Assembly (NCBI GenBank): GCA_965197425.1
Contig: CBDANC010000013.1
Coordinates: forward strand, 32,001 to 96,000
DNA: 64,000 nucleotides
Source: Bdellovibrionales bacterium
GTDB lineage: Bacteria; Bdellovibrionota; Bdellovibrionia; Bdellovibrionales; JAUICD01
Reading direction: 5' to 3'
Part shown: in pieces, positions 9,828 to 21,032 of the stretch
How the letters are laid out: each line of letters begins with the position of its first letter
Position numbering within the stretch: position 1 is the stretch's first letter
Translations under genes and position numbers: made by a program
Notes under the pieces: model-generated
What the model was told of the DNA's origin: nothing
Database searches by the model: none
What the model saw: the letters and a program-made list of their open reading frames with translations, nothing else

Positions 9828-11372
9828 TTAGAAGTTAGAAATTGCAAGTTGAACGGCTCTATAAACATCAAGTATACCATGACCATAAGTGTTGTTTGGA
9901 ATTTTATTTTTATTATTACCACAAACAACTCTCGCAAATTTTGGAGTAGCTGTGTCCATTAAAATTTGAGCGGTTTTATCTACTTGACCAATTAAACTTT
10001 TATTAGCAGACCAAACAAGTGCAATTGCACCAGCAACATGAGGTGTTGCCATCGAAGTACCATACCAATCATCACCAAATAGACCATTTGACAAAGAAGA
10101 CCTAATGTTCATACCAGGAGCAACTATATGAGGTGCAACTTTATTAGTGTAAGATGAAGGACCTCTAGAAGACAAATGCCAAATTTCATCTGTCACATAA
10201 AATATAGCACCAACAGAAAAGGAGTGATCTGTATGCCATGCAGGAGAACTTTCAATACTGGAACAACCAGGGCCGGAGTTACCAGCAGAAACAACCACAA
10301 AAATTCCAGCAGTTTTCAAAATTTTTAACACATCTAATAATTCATCTTGAAAGCAACCCTCAGTGCCAGGGCAACTCCACGAGTTATTTATAATATGTGG
10401 AGCTTTTGAAGGATCACCATCTGTCATATGATCACCTCCTACTTTGTAAGGAGCAAAGAAAAATTCAAAACACCCCAAATAAGTAGACAGGTTACCTACA
10501 CCCATATCCTTATTTCTACACGCAATCCAAGAAGCCCCAGGTGCAACTCCAGTAAAATTTGTTCCATCGCTTCCTACAGCAATTCCCAACACATGTGTAC
10601 CGTGACTGAGATCATCACAAGGTATAGAAGAGCTGTAGCCACATGGATTGTTCTCAGCATAACTTATTAACGAATGCTCAACAGCATCATGCCAATTAAA
10701 ATCATGCTGGGGTTTATCACCTGTTGATCCTCTATATTGATCTACCAAAGCTCCGTGAGACCAATCAGCTCCAGTATCCTGACTTGCAACCACAATTCCT
10801 TCACCATCAGTGAACTCTTCCCAAACTTTATCAGCACCTATATAAGATATATTAGGTTCTACAGAAACTTGTGGTGGATACTCCACTGGTGGCAGTTGCT
10901 GTTTACCACCCAAGCTAGAATTATTGTTTATACCACTTAAACTGGTAACACCAGTAGTATGGGTAACTTCAGTGACATTTGAAATTAAAAATATTCTGTC
11001 TATTTCATTAAATTTAGATAGTTTTTTAACAACTTCTTCCCCAGCAGATTGTACGAATATAGCATTAATCAAGTAATGTCTCTTATACAACACATCAACA
11101 GAGTTTAAAAAATCCACTACATCACGTTGACTATTTAAAGCTAGGTTAGTTAAAAAATTATATAAAACTTTTCCCCTTTCAGAAACAGGGTAAGAAGCTA
11201 TGTGATCTAAAAATACATCATTAAGCTGATCTTTAAACGTAACCATGACAGACACATTACCATTTAAAAGCTTGTCAAAAACTTTAGGTTCTACCCTAGT
11301 GTTTTCTATTACTCTTAAACAAAAGATAAGTGTCGATATGAAAACTAAAGAAAATAAAAAATTTTTTATCAT
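9828..11372 (-). CDS. secreted S8 (subtilisin-like, bacillopeptidase F-like) serine peptidase
   Basis: DTG, HGTHV, SAGNSG, GTSMATPHVAG catalytic motifs; N-terminal signal and propeptide. Confidence 0.92.
   Translation of the reverse strand: MIKNFLFSLVFISTLIFCLRVIENTRVEPKVFDKLLNGNVSVMVTFKDQLNDVFLDHIASYPVSERGKVLYNFLTNLALNSQRDVVDFLNSVDVLYKRHYLINAIFVQSAGEEVVKKLSKFNEIDRIFLISNVTEVTHTTGVTSLSGINNNSSLGGKQQLPPVEYPPQVSVEPNISYIGADKVWEEFTDGEGIVVASQDTGADWSHGALVDQYRGSTGDKPQHDFNWHDAVEHSLISYAENNPCGYSSSIPCDDLSHGTHVLGIAVGSDGTNFTGVAPGASWIACRNKDMGVGNLSTYLGCFEFFFAPYKVGGDHMTDGDPSKAPHIINNSWSCPGTEGCFQDELLDVLKILKTAGIFVVVSAGNSGPGCSSIESSPAWHTDHSFSVGAIFYVTDEIWHLSSRGPSSYTNKVAPHIVAPGMNIRSSLSNGLFGDDWYGTSMATPHVAGAIALVWSANKSLIGQVDKTAQILMDTATPKFARVVCGNNKNKIPNNTYGHGILDVYRAVQLAISNF
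10874..10955. repeat. family 1 hairpins inside S8 propeptide linker
   Basis: gtggatactccac at 10874-10886 (read as VEYP) and actggtaacaccagt at 10941-10955 (read as TGVTS). Confidence 0.75.
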
Positions 11373-11402
11373 TACAACAATTAGTTTTGGCTCCTTCGAA
11401 AG

Positions 11403-13490
11403 TTAAATAATCAAAGGGGCTATTATTAATGCTACAATAGACATCAGCTTAACCAAAATATTCATAGAAGGGCCCGTTGTATCTTTGAACGGATCTCCTA
11501 CGGTGTCACCAATAACAGCAGCCTTATGGGCCTCACCACCTTTAGACTCACCACTAAGTTCTCCCTTTTCTATATACTTTTTTGCATTATCCCAAGAACC
11601 ACCAGCATTTGACATCAGTAATGCTAACACCACACCAACTAATAAACTACCAACCAACATGCCACCTAATGATGCTGGTCCTAAACCAAAACCGACCGCA
11701 ACAGGAGCAGCCACAGCTACAACACCAGGAGCTATCATCTCAACTAAAGCAGATTTAGTAGCAATATCTACACATCTTTTAGTGTCAGGCTTACCTTCAC
11801 CTTTTAGTAATCCTGGAATCTCTCTAAACTGCCGTCTAATTTCAGCAACCATTTGAGATGCAGCTTTACCAACAGATGTCATTGTCATTGAACCAGCTAG
11901 TAAAGGGACAACAGCTCCTAAAAATAAACCAATAACAACATTGGGATCAGATACATCCATGCTAAGAAGATCCTTACCAGCCGCGGTTAAGCTAGAGTTC
12001 ACAGCCTGAGTGTAAGCTACAAATAAAGCAAGAGCTGTTAAAGCGGCAGAACCTATTGCAAACCCTTTACCAATGGCAGCTGTAGTATTACCTAAAGCAT
12101 CTAGGTTATCTGTAATCTTACGCACATCACTTCCAAGCCCAGCCATCTCAGATATACCACCAGCATTATCAGCAACAGGTCCGTAGGAATCTACAGTCAT
12201 AGTAATACCAACAGTGGCTAGCATACCAACCGCAGCCATTGCTATGCCATATAGACCAGCTTGATTATAGGATACAAAAATAGAACAACATATTAAAGCT
12301 AAAGGAGCTGCACAGGACTCTAAACCAACCGCAATTCCAGTAATAATATTAGTAGCAGGGCCGGTCTTTGAACTCTCCATTATCCTATAAACAGGTTTGT
12401 CGGCAGTGTAGTACTCGGTAATTTTACCAATGAATGCACCGGCCAGAGTTCCTGACAAAATAGCCCAATAAATTCCTAAACCAAAACCCATCGACTTTAC
12501 ACATATAAAAGTGAAAATTAAAAATAAAATACCACCTGTAAAAGTTGAGAAATTAAGAGCACTACGAGGGTTTAGTTTTTTTAAAAAGTTAATGGAAAAT
12601 ATACCAACCAGTGATGCACACAAACCTAAAACGGACAACATTAAAGGAAAGGACAGTAGTTTTGAGCGCAATATATCCTCATCAGTAATACTAGAGCTTA
12701 AATTAAACATAGCTTCACTGGACATGGTTGCGGCTATTGCAATAGAGGCTATCATTGCACCAACATAGGATTCAAAAATATCAGCACCCATACCAGCCAC
12801 ATCACCTACATTATCACCTACATTATCTGCTATAACACCAGGGTTTCTCGGATCATCTTCTGGAATACCGGCTTCAACTTTACCTACAAGATCACTACCC
12901 ACATCAGCAGCTTTAGTAAAAATTCCACCCCCGACTCTGGAAAATAAGGCAATGGAAGATGCACCCATAGAAAAACCAGAAATCATACCTACAGTTTCAG
13001 GACTACCGCCAAAAAAATAAAACAAAATACCAAGGCCCAACAAACCTAAGCTTGCCACGGATAAGCCCATAACTCCACCACCTTCAAAGGCAATTAGAAG
13101 GCTTTCTGATTCACCTTTATCCTTAGCAGCAGCAGCGGTTCTTACATTTGCCTTAGTTGCAGCCTTCATACCAAGCCAACCGGCCAAAGCACTACAAACA
13201 GCACCACTAACAAAACAAATTGCAGTTTCTACATTAAAGAAAACAGTAAAAACTACAGCCAAAATTAAAACAAAAATACTAAGTACACTGTACTCAGCTC
13301 GCAAAAAAGCCATTGCACCCGAGTGAATTTCTTTTGCAATTTCAATCATCCTGTCAGTACCAGCAGAAGCACGCTTAACTTTGAAATACAAAAAACTTGC
13401 AAATATAAGACCTACAACACCAAAAATACCGGATAATATACCAACATTTATACCAGCTTCGATGCCAGCATTCATATCAACATCACCCAC
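11403..13490 (-). CDS. hppA: membrane-bound K+-dependent (Na+/H+-translocating) pyrophosphatase
   Basis: [36 protein letters not shown] (K+-dependent type), [11 protein letters not shown]; start placed at GTG after GGAGG (ATG 13475 is an alternative). Confidence 0.93.
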   Translation of the reverse strand: MGDVDMNAGIEAGINVGILSGIFGVVGLIFASFLYFKVKRASAGTDRMIEIAKEIHSGAMAFLRAEYSVLSIFVLILAVVFTVFFNVETAICFVSGAVCSALAGWLGMKAATKANVRTAAAAKDKGESESLLIAFEGGGVMGLSVASLGLLGLGILFYFFGGSPETVGMISGFSMGASSIALFSRVGGGIFTKAADVGSDLVGKVEAGIPEDDPRNPGVIADNVGDNVGDVAGMGADIFESYVGAMIASIAIAATMSSEAMFNLSSSITDEDILRSKLLSFPLMLSVLGLCASLVGIFSINFLKKLNPRSALNFSTFTGGILFLIFTFICVKSMGFGLGIYWAILSGTLAGAFIGKITEYYTADKPVYRIMESSKTGPATNIITGIAVGLESCAAPLALICCSIFVSYNQAGLYGIAMAAVGMLATVGITMTVDSYGPVADNAGGISEMAGLGSDVRKITDNLDALGNTTAAIGKGFAIGSAALTALALFVAYTQAVNSSLTAAGKDLLSMDVSDPNVVIGLFLGAVVPLLAGSMTMTSVGKAASQMVAEIRRQFREIPGLLKGEGKPDTKRCVDIATKSALVEMIAPGVVAVAAPVAVGFGLGPASLGGMLVGSLLVGVVLALLMSNAGGSWDNAKKYIEKGELSGESKGGEAHKAAVIGDTVGDPFKDTTGPSMNILVKLMSIVALIIAPLII

Positions 13491-13631
13491 AACAAAACCT
13501 CCAATGGAAATTAGAAAATAATAATCACTGAATAAAACACTGAAAGTATAGTATAAGCAATAAAAACTTGTATAAAATATCAAAAGTTAAAAAAATAATT
13601 ACTTTCTCTTAATATATGCTACGATGGCTTC

Positions 13632-14528
13632 GTGATCTTTGACCCTAAAACAAATAGCATTACCTGCTTTTATAAAACTATATTTTTTGTTGGATTATTT
13701 GGTATTTTAAATACTTCATGTAGCAGTACGGGTACTTACAACAGACATGGTTCTGTTTACGAATATTGCAATCAAGCAGTCAATTTTGATCCTAACTGTA
13801 CCCATAACAATATAAACAACATGCATCGTACTACTGATCATGATCCCTTTGGCCGTGACTCTATACACAAACGAAAACACAAACCCTTTGGACATGATTC
13901 CCTACACAAACGAAAACACAAACCCTTTGGCCGTGACTCTATACACAAACGAAAACACAAACCCTTTGGCCGTGACTCTATACACAAACGAAAACACAAA
14001 CCCTTTGGCCGTGACTCTATACACAAACGAAAACACAAACCCTTTGGACATGATTCCCTACACAAACGAAAACACAAACCCTTTGGACATGATCAGCAAA
14101 TGCATAAACCATTTAGAAACATCGACCCTTTACCTTCTTCGTCTGGTACTCATTATGCTCCTCAACCTAATGCTAACCCTGGTGGCATAAACAGTTTTCA
14201 TATTCCAGACCCTCCATCTGTACCTGAAATTACTCCACCTGTAATTGAAACACCTAGCTTTAATGAACCTTTTAAACCTTACATGCCTCCACCACCACCT
14301 CTTCCTGAACCCCCTAGGCCTTCCTTTTCTTCACCCCATGCTAACCCTGGTGGCATAAACAGTTTTCATATTCCAGACCCTCCATCTGTACCTGAAATTA
14401 CTCCACCTGTAATTGAAACACCTAGCTTTAATGAACCTTTTAAACCTTACATGCCTCCACCTCCTCCTCTTCCTGAACCCCCTAGGCCCTCTTTTCCTTC
14501 CTCTTCACCATGGGTGCCATCGTACTGA
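13632..14528 (+). CDS. putative lipoprotein with His/Lys-rich 13-aa tandem repeats and a duplicated Pro-rich tail
   Basis: Hydrophobic stretch ending NTSC; (PFGRDSIHKRKHK)x6; 56-aa Pro-rich unit x2. Confidence 0.6.
   Translation: MIFDPKTNSITCFYKTIFFVGLFGILNTSCSSTGTYNRHGSVYEYCNQAVNFDPNCTHNNINNMHRTTDHDPFGRDSIHKRKHKPFGHDSLHKRKHKPFGRDSIHKRKHKPFGRDSIHKRKHKPFGRDSIHKRKHKPFGHDSLHKRKHKPFGHDQQMHKPFRNIDPLPSSSGTHYAPQPNANPGGINSFHIPDPPSVPEITPPVIETPSFNEPFKPYMPPPPPLPEPPRPSFSSPHANPGGINSFHIPDPPSVPEITPPVIETPSFNEPFKPYMPPPPPLPEPPRPSFPSSSPWVPSY
13845..14093 (+). repeat. 39-bp tandem repeat, 6 full copies plus a partial copy
   Basis: ccctttgg(ccgtgactctata/acatgattcccta)cacaaacgaaaacacaaa at 13845, 13884, 13923, 13962, 14001, 14040, 14079. 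Confidence 0.95.
14170..14496 (+). repeat. 168-bp near-perfect tandem duplication
   Basis: atgctaaccctggtggc... begins at 14170 and again at 14338. Confidence 0.92.
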
Positions 14529-14612
14529 AAGCCTTTTTTAAAACGCTGAGCTAAAAGCTTGCAAAACCAAATTTTTTAACTTATTCAGTCAGTGTTTAGG
14601 AAGGGATCAGGT

Positions 14613-14972
14613 ATGAGTACGGAATTTTACACAGTTGTTCATTTTGTGGGGATATCATTATTGGTTGTGTCCTTAGGTGGGATGATCCAATTTTCTATTA
14701 CAAACTCTGGTGCTTCTAAAACTCATCTGATGTTGATGCATGGGATATCTCTTCTTTTGATTGCTGTTTCTGGATTTGGTTTAATTGCAAAATTAAATTT
14801 AAGCTTTTCAATTTGGCTTATACTTAAGATATTGGTTTGGATTATATTTGGTGGACTTGTAACTTTAATATTCAAGCTCAATCAAAAATTATTTTTATAT
14901 TTGATAATACCTGTATTGGTGGGTGCTGCTGCTTATTTTGCACAGCATTTACAAAATATCATACCTCATTAG
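14613..14972 (+). CDS. small four-TM membrane protein (SirB2-like)
   Basis: H-containing TM helices (VHFVG, MHGISLLLIAVSGFG, WLILKILVW). Confidence 0.65.
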   Translation: MSTEFYTVVHFVGISLLVVSLGGMIQFSITNSGASKTHLMLMHGISLLLIAVSGFGLIAKLNLSFSIWLILKILVWIIFGGLVTLIFKLNQKLFLYLIIPVLVGAAAYFAQHLQNIIPH

Positions 14973-16100
14973 CTTGCATGGTATTGCACCATTTAAGAGA
15001 CTAAATTTCTCACATGCTTTCATTGCCAAATTTCTAGTAAGGTTACTATCAGAGCTTAATACCCAAGATGTCCACCCTTTCATTTTGTGTTTTAATGCAT
15101 ATGAGAGATCTTTATAATCATCTGTCAAGCGATCACTATCGAGTCTTTCTCCGTAGGGTGGATTAACTATTATTATTCCTTTGTTACAATTGCACTCTAA
15201 ATCATCAACTGCATGGGCTTTAAAATCTATGTAATCAATTACTCCAGCTTTTTTAGCATTAGATATAGAAGCATCAATTGCATTGCCACTTATGTCAGAT
15301 CCATAAAATTTATAGTCTAAAGATTCTTTTTCATTACTCTCTGCTTCTTCCAGCAACCTACTCCATAAATCGTCATCAAAAGTTGTCCATTTTTGAAAAG
15401 AAAAGGAATTTCTAAAAAGACCTGGAGCTGAGTTTAAAGCAATTAGAGCTGCTTCGATTAATATAGTTCCTGATCCACACATTGGATCTACTACTGGGGA
15501 GTTTTGATCCCAATTAGATAGAAGCAAAATACCAGCCGCCATATGTTCTCTTAAAGGAGCTTTTGTGGAATGCTTTCTATAACCTCTTTTAGATAAAGTG
15601 ATACCGGAGGAGTCTAAAAAAACAGTCATAATATTATGATAAATTTTTATATATATGATGAGATCGGGGTTTTCCTTATCAACAGAGGGTCTATCATTAT
15701 AATCCTTTCTAAATTTATCTACCACAGCATCTTTAGCTTTAAGTGAAACAAATCTAGAGTCTTTAAAAGTACTACCAACTACATCAGCTTCCACCTTTAT
15801 AGTCTGGGATACTGTGATAAACTTAGAAAAGTCCATATCAAACATATTCTGATATAACTCTTCATAGTTTCTAACTTCACAAGATTTAATGTTAATAAGT
15901 ATTCTAGTTGCAGTCCTTAAATGTAAATTAGCTAGGTAACAATTTTCATTTAATGATTTATTTTTGTTATCAAAATATATTCCGTCTTGACTTTTTTTGG
16001 TGTTAAGCCCAAGTTTTCTTAATTCAGAATCCAGCACATCAAACAAACCTTTTGAAGTTTGGGCTAATAAAACCATGGTGTCCGTGTTTGAAGCTGGCAT
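14949..16100 (-). CDS. rlmL: THUMP-domain rRNA methyltransferase (RlmL-like)
   Basis: DSSGITLSKRGYR, APLRE, DPMCGSGT, NPPYGERL. Confidence 0.88.
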   Translation of the reverse strand: MPASNTDTMVLLAQTSKGLFDVLDSELRKLGLNTKKSQDGIYFDNKNKSLNENCYLANLHLRTATRILINIKSCEVRNYEELYQNMFDMDFSKFITVSQTIKVEADVVGSTFKDSRFVSLKAKDAVVDKFRKDYNDRPSVDKENPDLIIYIKIYHNIMTVFLDSSGITLSKRGYRKHSTKAPLREHMAAGILLLSNWDQNSPVVDPMCGSGTILIEAALIALNSAPGLFRNSFSFQKWTTFDDDLWSRLLEEAESNEKESLDYKFYGSDISGNAIDASISNAKKAGVIDYIDFKAHAVDDLECNCNKGIIIVNPPYGERLDSDRLTDDYKDLSYALKHKMKGWTSWVLSSDSNLTRNLAMKACEKFSLLNGAIPCKLMRYDIL

Positions 16101-16169
16101 GAGTTTGCTTGTAGCATAAAACTTGCACTTAAGTTATCAAATAAGTATATTACACCAACCAAACAGATA

Positions 16170-16255
16170 GGAGGGGTACCAGAGTGGCCAAATGGGGCAG
16201 ACTGTAAATTTGCTGGCTTATGCCTACGGGGGTTCGAATCCTCCCCCCTCCACCA
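16170..16255 (+). tRNA. tRNA-Tyr (GTA)
   Basis: GGAGGGG/CCCCTCC acceptor stem, gcaga-ctgtaaa-tttgc anticodon arm, long variable arm, GGTTCGAATCC, CCA. Confidence 0.95.
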
Positions 16256-16630
16256 AAAATAAATTCAAAAAATATGAACACCAAACACATGACACGAAAA
16301 CTATCGAGCATGTAAAAAGTAAAAAAGATTAAAATATAAGCGAAATAAATTGAGCTTAAACCACCTTATTTAAGCATATAAAAAAGTGATAATTTTAAGG
16401 ATATTCTTAACTATTTAGATATAAGTATTTAAAATTATTAATATTTTTATTTTTAAAAAATTTCTTGTAACTTTTTTAATTCTGGTGTATCATGCATCCA
16501 TCGCTACGAGTGGCTCAAATTGATACAGGCTAATTCGGTCTTCTAACATCTAACATAGGCAACTTAAGAAATAAAGAAATAACAAAAATCAATAATCACG
16601 AATAAAACAAACAAATGAGGTATATGTAAT

Positions 16631-17677
16631 ATGACAGAAGCAAATGGAAATACGATTTTACCCTACAACACCGATCAACAAGGATCTTCTAAAGGTTATG
16701 TATCTAAAAAATTAGGTACCCCTGTTGTATATAAGTCTCCGGCCATGCACCAGTTGTTTACCATGGTTGATAGAGTTTCTAACTCAAAGGCAAATGTATT
16801 AATTTTGGGTGAAAGTGGAACTGGAAAGGAACTTATAGCTAGAACTATTCATGATAAATCTGACAGAAAGGACAAACCATTCATTGCCATAAACTGTGGT
16901 GCACTAAGAGAATCTTTGCTTGAAAGTGAGTTGTTTGGTCATGAGAAAGGAGCTTTTACAGGAGCCTATCAAAAAAAGATTGGTTTAGCTGAGACTGCTC
17001 ATGATGGAACTTTGTTTTTAGATGAAATAGGTGAGTTATCTCAAGGTATGCAGGCCAAACTCTTAAGATTTATTCAAGAAGGTGAGATTTATAGAGTTGG
17101 AGGTAAAATACCTGTAAAAGTAAATATCAGGTTGCTAAGTGCTACTAACAGAAACATAGATTTTGAGGTTGATAATAACAACTTTAGAGAAGATTTATTT
17201 TACAGAATCAACACAATAACATTGAGTGTACCGCCTCTTAGAAAAAGAAGAGATGATGTACCACTATTAGTAAATCACTTTTTAAATAAAAGTAAGTACA
17301 AACACTTAAACAGAGGTTGTGACATAAGCCCTGAGGCCATGGAAATATTGTGTAAGTATGATTGGCCGGGTAATGTAAGAGAACTTCAAAATATATGTGA
17401 AAGGCTACAAATCCTATCTGAAGGACATACAGTAATGCCAACAGATCTACCTCAGCCTATCCTCTACCCTGATCAAAGAACAGTAACAGAGGACTATGAC
17501 CCTGCTATCACGGTTCATGAACTTGAAAAACGATATATTTTAAGCTCGCTTAAGTATTATGATGGCAACAAAACAAGAGCTGCCAATGCATTAGGGATTA
17601 CTATAAAAACCCTCTACAACAAACTCCATGAATATGGAGAGTTTAGTAACTATGCGGTTCACCACAGATCAAAGTAA
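16631..17677 (+). CDS. sigma-54-dependent Fis-family transcriptional activator without an N-terminal sensor domain
   Basis: GESGTGKE, GAFTGA, LFLDEIGE, WPGNVREL, C-terminal HTH. Confidence 0.93.
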   Translation: MTEANGNTILPYNTDQQGSSKGYVSKKLGTPVVYKSPAMHQLFTMVDRVSNSKANVLILGESGTGKELIARTIHDKSDRKDKPFIAINCGALRESLLESELFGHEKGAFTGAYQKKIGLAETAHDGTLFLDEIGELSQGMQAKLLRFIQEGEIYRVGGKIPVKVNIRLLSATNRNIDFEVDNNNFREDLFYRINTITLSVPPLRKRRDDVPLLVNHFLNKSKYKHLNRGCDISPEAMEILCKYDWPGNVRELQNICERLQILSEGHTVMPTDLPQPILYPDQRTVTEDYDPAITVHELEKRYILSSLKYYDGNKTRAANALGITIKTLYNKLHEYGEFSNYAVHHRSK

Positions 17678-17722
17678 AAAAAATAAAACTTCAAACAACA
17701 AACTTATAAATAGAGGTGTTAA

Positions 17723-18256
17723 ATGAAAATACGAAATTTCATTATCATTACATTTTTGCTACAAACTGTGTCAGCTCATGCTCAAGAATCTAAAGAATCT
17801 GCTCTGACCGAAGAAATCCCCGTGAGGAATCTAATAAATGACGAGGGAGAGACAGTATTGATGCATGCAGTTGCTAATGCTGACAGGGATGCTGTTCTAA
17901 GAATTTTAAATGACCCTGATGTGAGAAACTTGTACAGAAGAGATAAAAATGGTCTAACGGCGTTAGACTTGGCTATTAATCTTAAACACCCCGAGATCGT
18001 GGAGCTGTTATTTGAAAAAAAAGAGAACTTTAATCATAAGACACAACCACGATTAATGGACCCAGTAGAAGGTGAGAATGGCAATTTTATTAGCTACTAT
18101 TTTGGTGGATATGTATGGCTATATGATCAAATTACTCTAGATGCTTTCGATTTACACGAAAATGGTGATGAGAATATGTTGGAAGATTTTCTTAGTTGGT
18201 ACTTTAGTGGATACGAATGGCTATATGATCAGGCTAATGAATTGATAAAGGAATAG
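17723..18256 (+). CDS. secreted ankyrin-repeat protein
   Basis: Signal peptide; GETVLMHAV and GLTALDLA...HPEIVELL ankyrin motifs. Confidence 0.8.
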   Translation: MKIRNFIIITFLLQTVSAHAQESKESALTEEIPVRNLINDEGETVLMHAVANADRDAVLRILNDPDVRNLYRRDKNGLTALDLAINLKHPEIVELLFEKKENFNHKTQPRLMDPVEGENGNFISYYFGGYVWLYDQITLDAFDLHENGDENMLEDFLSWYFSGYEWLYDQANELIKE

Positions 18257-18454
18257 ATTTTTGGTACCCGCAAAAAACACCCACTACACCCAGATTCTTT
18301 TGGATCCTCTCCTAAGCCCAAATTGCTAAGCTAAGACTCTTTTGAGCATTCACATTTTAATTTCATACAAAATACATTTAACACTAAGCGTAAGCACTTA
18401 TCTTGTAGTGATTTATGGTTAATCTTAGTGATGTAGCTGGAGTAAGAAACAAAA

Positions 18455-18961
18455 ATGAATAGATTCAGAAAGTTTGTATCATTAGTTTTGTTGTTATTGT
18501 TTTGCATAACAAGCTTTGGTTGCGAAAGCCAGGAGTCTATTGAATTAAAACAAGCCTTATTTGAAGCTGTCGGTGCAGGAGATGCAGAAGCTACTCAGCA
18601 GCTTCTTCAAAATTACCCTGAAATAGATATAAACATGCAAAATGAAGCAGGGGAAACACTTCTTATTGTTGCCTCCAAACAAGGAGCTTCATCAATTGTT
18701 AGGCTGCTTTTTATAGTTCAAAATCTAGATGTAAATAAAAAAGATAGAATGGGTAGAACGGCCTTACATTGGGCTGCATTCGAAGGACAATTGGAAATAG
18801 TAGAGACACTACTAGCATCAGGCAGTGAGTTGGATTCAGGTGCAGAGGATAATGATGGGCGTACCGCATCTCGTCTTGCATTGGTACGAGGGTATAACCC
18901 CATTGCCATTCTCATTAACGAACATAGCAGTAACAGAGGCACACCTCAAACAACAAAATAA
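18455..18961 (+). CDS. ankyrin-repeat lipoprotein
   Basis: Lipobox-like SFGC; GETLLIVA, GRTALHWAAFEGQLEIVETLL, GRTASRLA. Confidence 0.85.
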   Translation: MNRFRKFVSLVLLLLFCITSFGCESQESIELKQALFEAVGAGDAEATQQLLQNYPEIDINMQNEAGETLLIVASKQGASSIVRLLFIVQNLDVNKKDRMGRTALHWAAFEGQLEIVETLLASGSELDSGAEDNDGRTASRLALVRGYNPIAILINEHSSNRGTPQTTK

Positions 18962-19012
18962 AACTGCTGTTCACTAACAACAGTCATAAAAAGAGAACTT
19001 ATCAAAAAAAGT

Positions 19013-20017
19013 TTATGTTAAAAAAAGATTGTCAAATCTAGAAAGTTTGTTTTTATTGATAAAGCTTGCCCTGAATGCATCTTCATTGCATTTAGCAAAG
19101 TCCTCTTTCTCAAAACCACATGCGTTGTGAAGTACTTCATATTCACCAGATATAGGGCAGTCAAAGATTCCTGGATCATCGGAGTTGATAGAAACTTTCA
19201 CACCGTTATTCATTAGTTTTTTTATAGGATGCTCCTTTATGGAATTAACAGAGCCTGTTAGATAATTACTGGTTGGACACACTTCTAAGAGAACATCATT
19301 TTTTAACACCACATCAATTGCTCTTTTATCATTTATTATCTGAATACCATGACCTATTCTACTGGCACCCAAAATTTCTATAGCATCTATAACACTCTGA
19401 GTATTTCCAGGATAAATTGCTTCTCCAGCATGTATAGTTATCTTCATGCCGTTATCTCTTGCTTTGGCAAAAAGAGGAGCAAAGGGTTTACAGTCAAAGT
19501 CTTGTTCATTGTCTGCCAAATCTATTCCCACAAAAGTATCTTTGTTTTTTACAATAAAATCACATACTTTAGTAGCCAGCTCTAATGGATCATTTCTTCC
19601 AATTATGCCAATAATACCAACTTCTATGTCATATTTCTTAGCTTTAGAAACACCAAGTCTTATAAGCTCATGTATTCTTTCGAAGGCAAGTTTGTTATCA
19701 CCGCTTTGTATAAAAGAGGGTGAATACCTAAGCTCTAAAACCTTAACTCCTTGCTTATATGCGTCCTCTATATATTCATAGGCTAACTTTTCTATAAACT
19801 GCTCGTCCTTAAAACACTGCTGGATAATTAAAAACTTACTAAGCGCTGTTTTTAGATCAAGCTCTGGTTTTGTAAGTAAAACTTTGTTTTTAAATTCATT
19901 GATATCGTGCGGAAGTTGAAGCTTTAGCCTTTTTACCACATTAAAAATGGTTTCTAACCTAAATGCACATTCTAAGTGACAGTGTAACTCTACTTTGGGA
20001 AGTTTGTCATAATCCAA
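19013..20017 (-). CDS. add: adenosine deaminase
   Basis: PKVELHCHLE, HAGE, RIGHG, EVCPTSN, NSDDP. Confidence 0.92.
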   Translation of the reverse strand: MDYDKLPKVELHCHLECAFRLETIFNVVKRLKLQLPHDINEFKNKVLLTKPELDLKTALSKFLIIQQCFKDEQFIEKLAYEYIEDAYKQGVKVLELRYSPSFIQSGDNKLAFERIHELIRLGVSKAKKYDIEVGIIGIIGRNDPLELATKVCDFIVKNKDTFVGIDLADNEQDFDCKPFAPLFAKARDNGMKITIHAGEAIYPGNTQSVIDAIEILGASRIGHGIQIINDKRAIDVVLKNDVLLEVCPTSNYLTGSVNSIKEHPIKKLMNNGVKVSINSDDPGIFDCPISGEYEVLHNACGFEKEDFAKCNEDAFRASFINKNKLSRFDNLFLT

Positions 20018-20213
20018 AACATGTGTAGATCTATGTCATTAACTAGTTGCAAGTCAACCTAAAGGTCTTCTTAAAGATAAGCTAGGCTAAGTACTTATTG
20101 AGTATAACAAAAAAGCTGGCTCCCCCAGCTTTCTATGTGTAGTATAACAACTTTACTAACTAAGCTTAAGTCATTTACATTAAGTCTATAAACAATAACT
20201 ACAAGTACAATAT

Positions 20214-21032
20214 ATGATATTAACAAGTAAACTAAAAACTCAAAGTAAAAAAAGCGCAGAGCTTATTTTGAATATGATTTATGAAGCTAAAAGTGGTCAT
20301 CCCGGCAGTTCACTTTCTGCAATAGACATTATTACCACACTGTTTTTTTCAGAGATGAACTTTGATCCAAAAAATCCAAGTGATCCGAACAGAGATAGAT
20401 TTGTTTTAAGCAAAGGACATGCAGTCCCTGCACTATATGCTACTCTGGCTTATTCAGGTTTTTTCCCTCCTGAAGATACTTTAAGTTTAAGAAAATTAAA
20501 TAGCCCATTCCAAGGTCATCCCGATAAGGTCAGACTTCCAGCTGTTGAAGCATCTACCGGATCACTGGGACAAGGATTATCCGTGGCCATTGGTATGAGT
20601 TTATCAGCTAAACTAGATAACAGAGATAACAGAGTATATTGCCTAATAGGAGATGGTGAATCACAAGAAGGTCAAATTTGGGAGGCCATACTATACGCTG
20701 GAAACCGCAAGTTGGATAATCTATGTGTAATACTTGACTGGAACAAATATCAAATAGATGGAAAGGTAACAGACATAATGAGTCTCGAACCAATTAAGGA
20801 TAAATTTAAAGCATTTAAATGGAATGTTTTAAAAGTAAATGGACATAGTTTTACAGCAATGATAAGAGCATTTAAGAAAGCAAAATCAATAAAAAAACCT
20901 ACCATAATCATTGCAGACACCGTTAAAGGCAAGGGTGTTGATTTCATGGAAAAAGATAACAAATGGCATGGTGTAGCACCCAATAAACAAGAACTTGAAA
21001 AAGCTCTTAAGCAAATAAGAGGTCACAAATGA
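20214..21032 (+). CDS. transketolase, N-terminal subunit
   Basis: SGHPGSSLS, DRFVLSKGH, STGSLGQG, GDGESQEG. Confidence 0.93.
   Translation: MILTSKLKTQSKKSAELILNMIYEAKSGHPGSSLSAIDIITTLFFSEMNFDPKNPSDPNRDRFVLSKGHAVPALYATLAYSGFFPPEDTLSLRKLNSPFQGHPDKVRLPAVEASTGSLGQGLSVAIGMSLSAKLDNRDNRVYCLIGDGESQEGQIWEAILYAGNRKLDNLCVILDWNKYQIDGKVTDIMSLEPIKDKFKAFKWNVLKVNGHSFTAMIRAFKKAKSIKKPTIIIADTVKGKGVDFMEKDNKWHGVAPNKQELEKALKQIRGHK

Noticed and set aside
13845..14093. CRISPR array
   Set aside because: Contiguous 39-bp tandem units with no spacers, in frame within an ORF.
16256..16630. Integrated island at tRNA-Tyr or tRNA-Gly
   Set aside because: No integrase and no duplicated tRNA 3' end. The AT-rich stretch is compatible with a promoter region.
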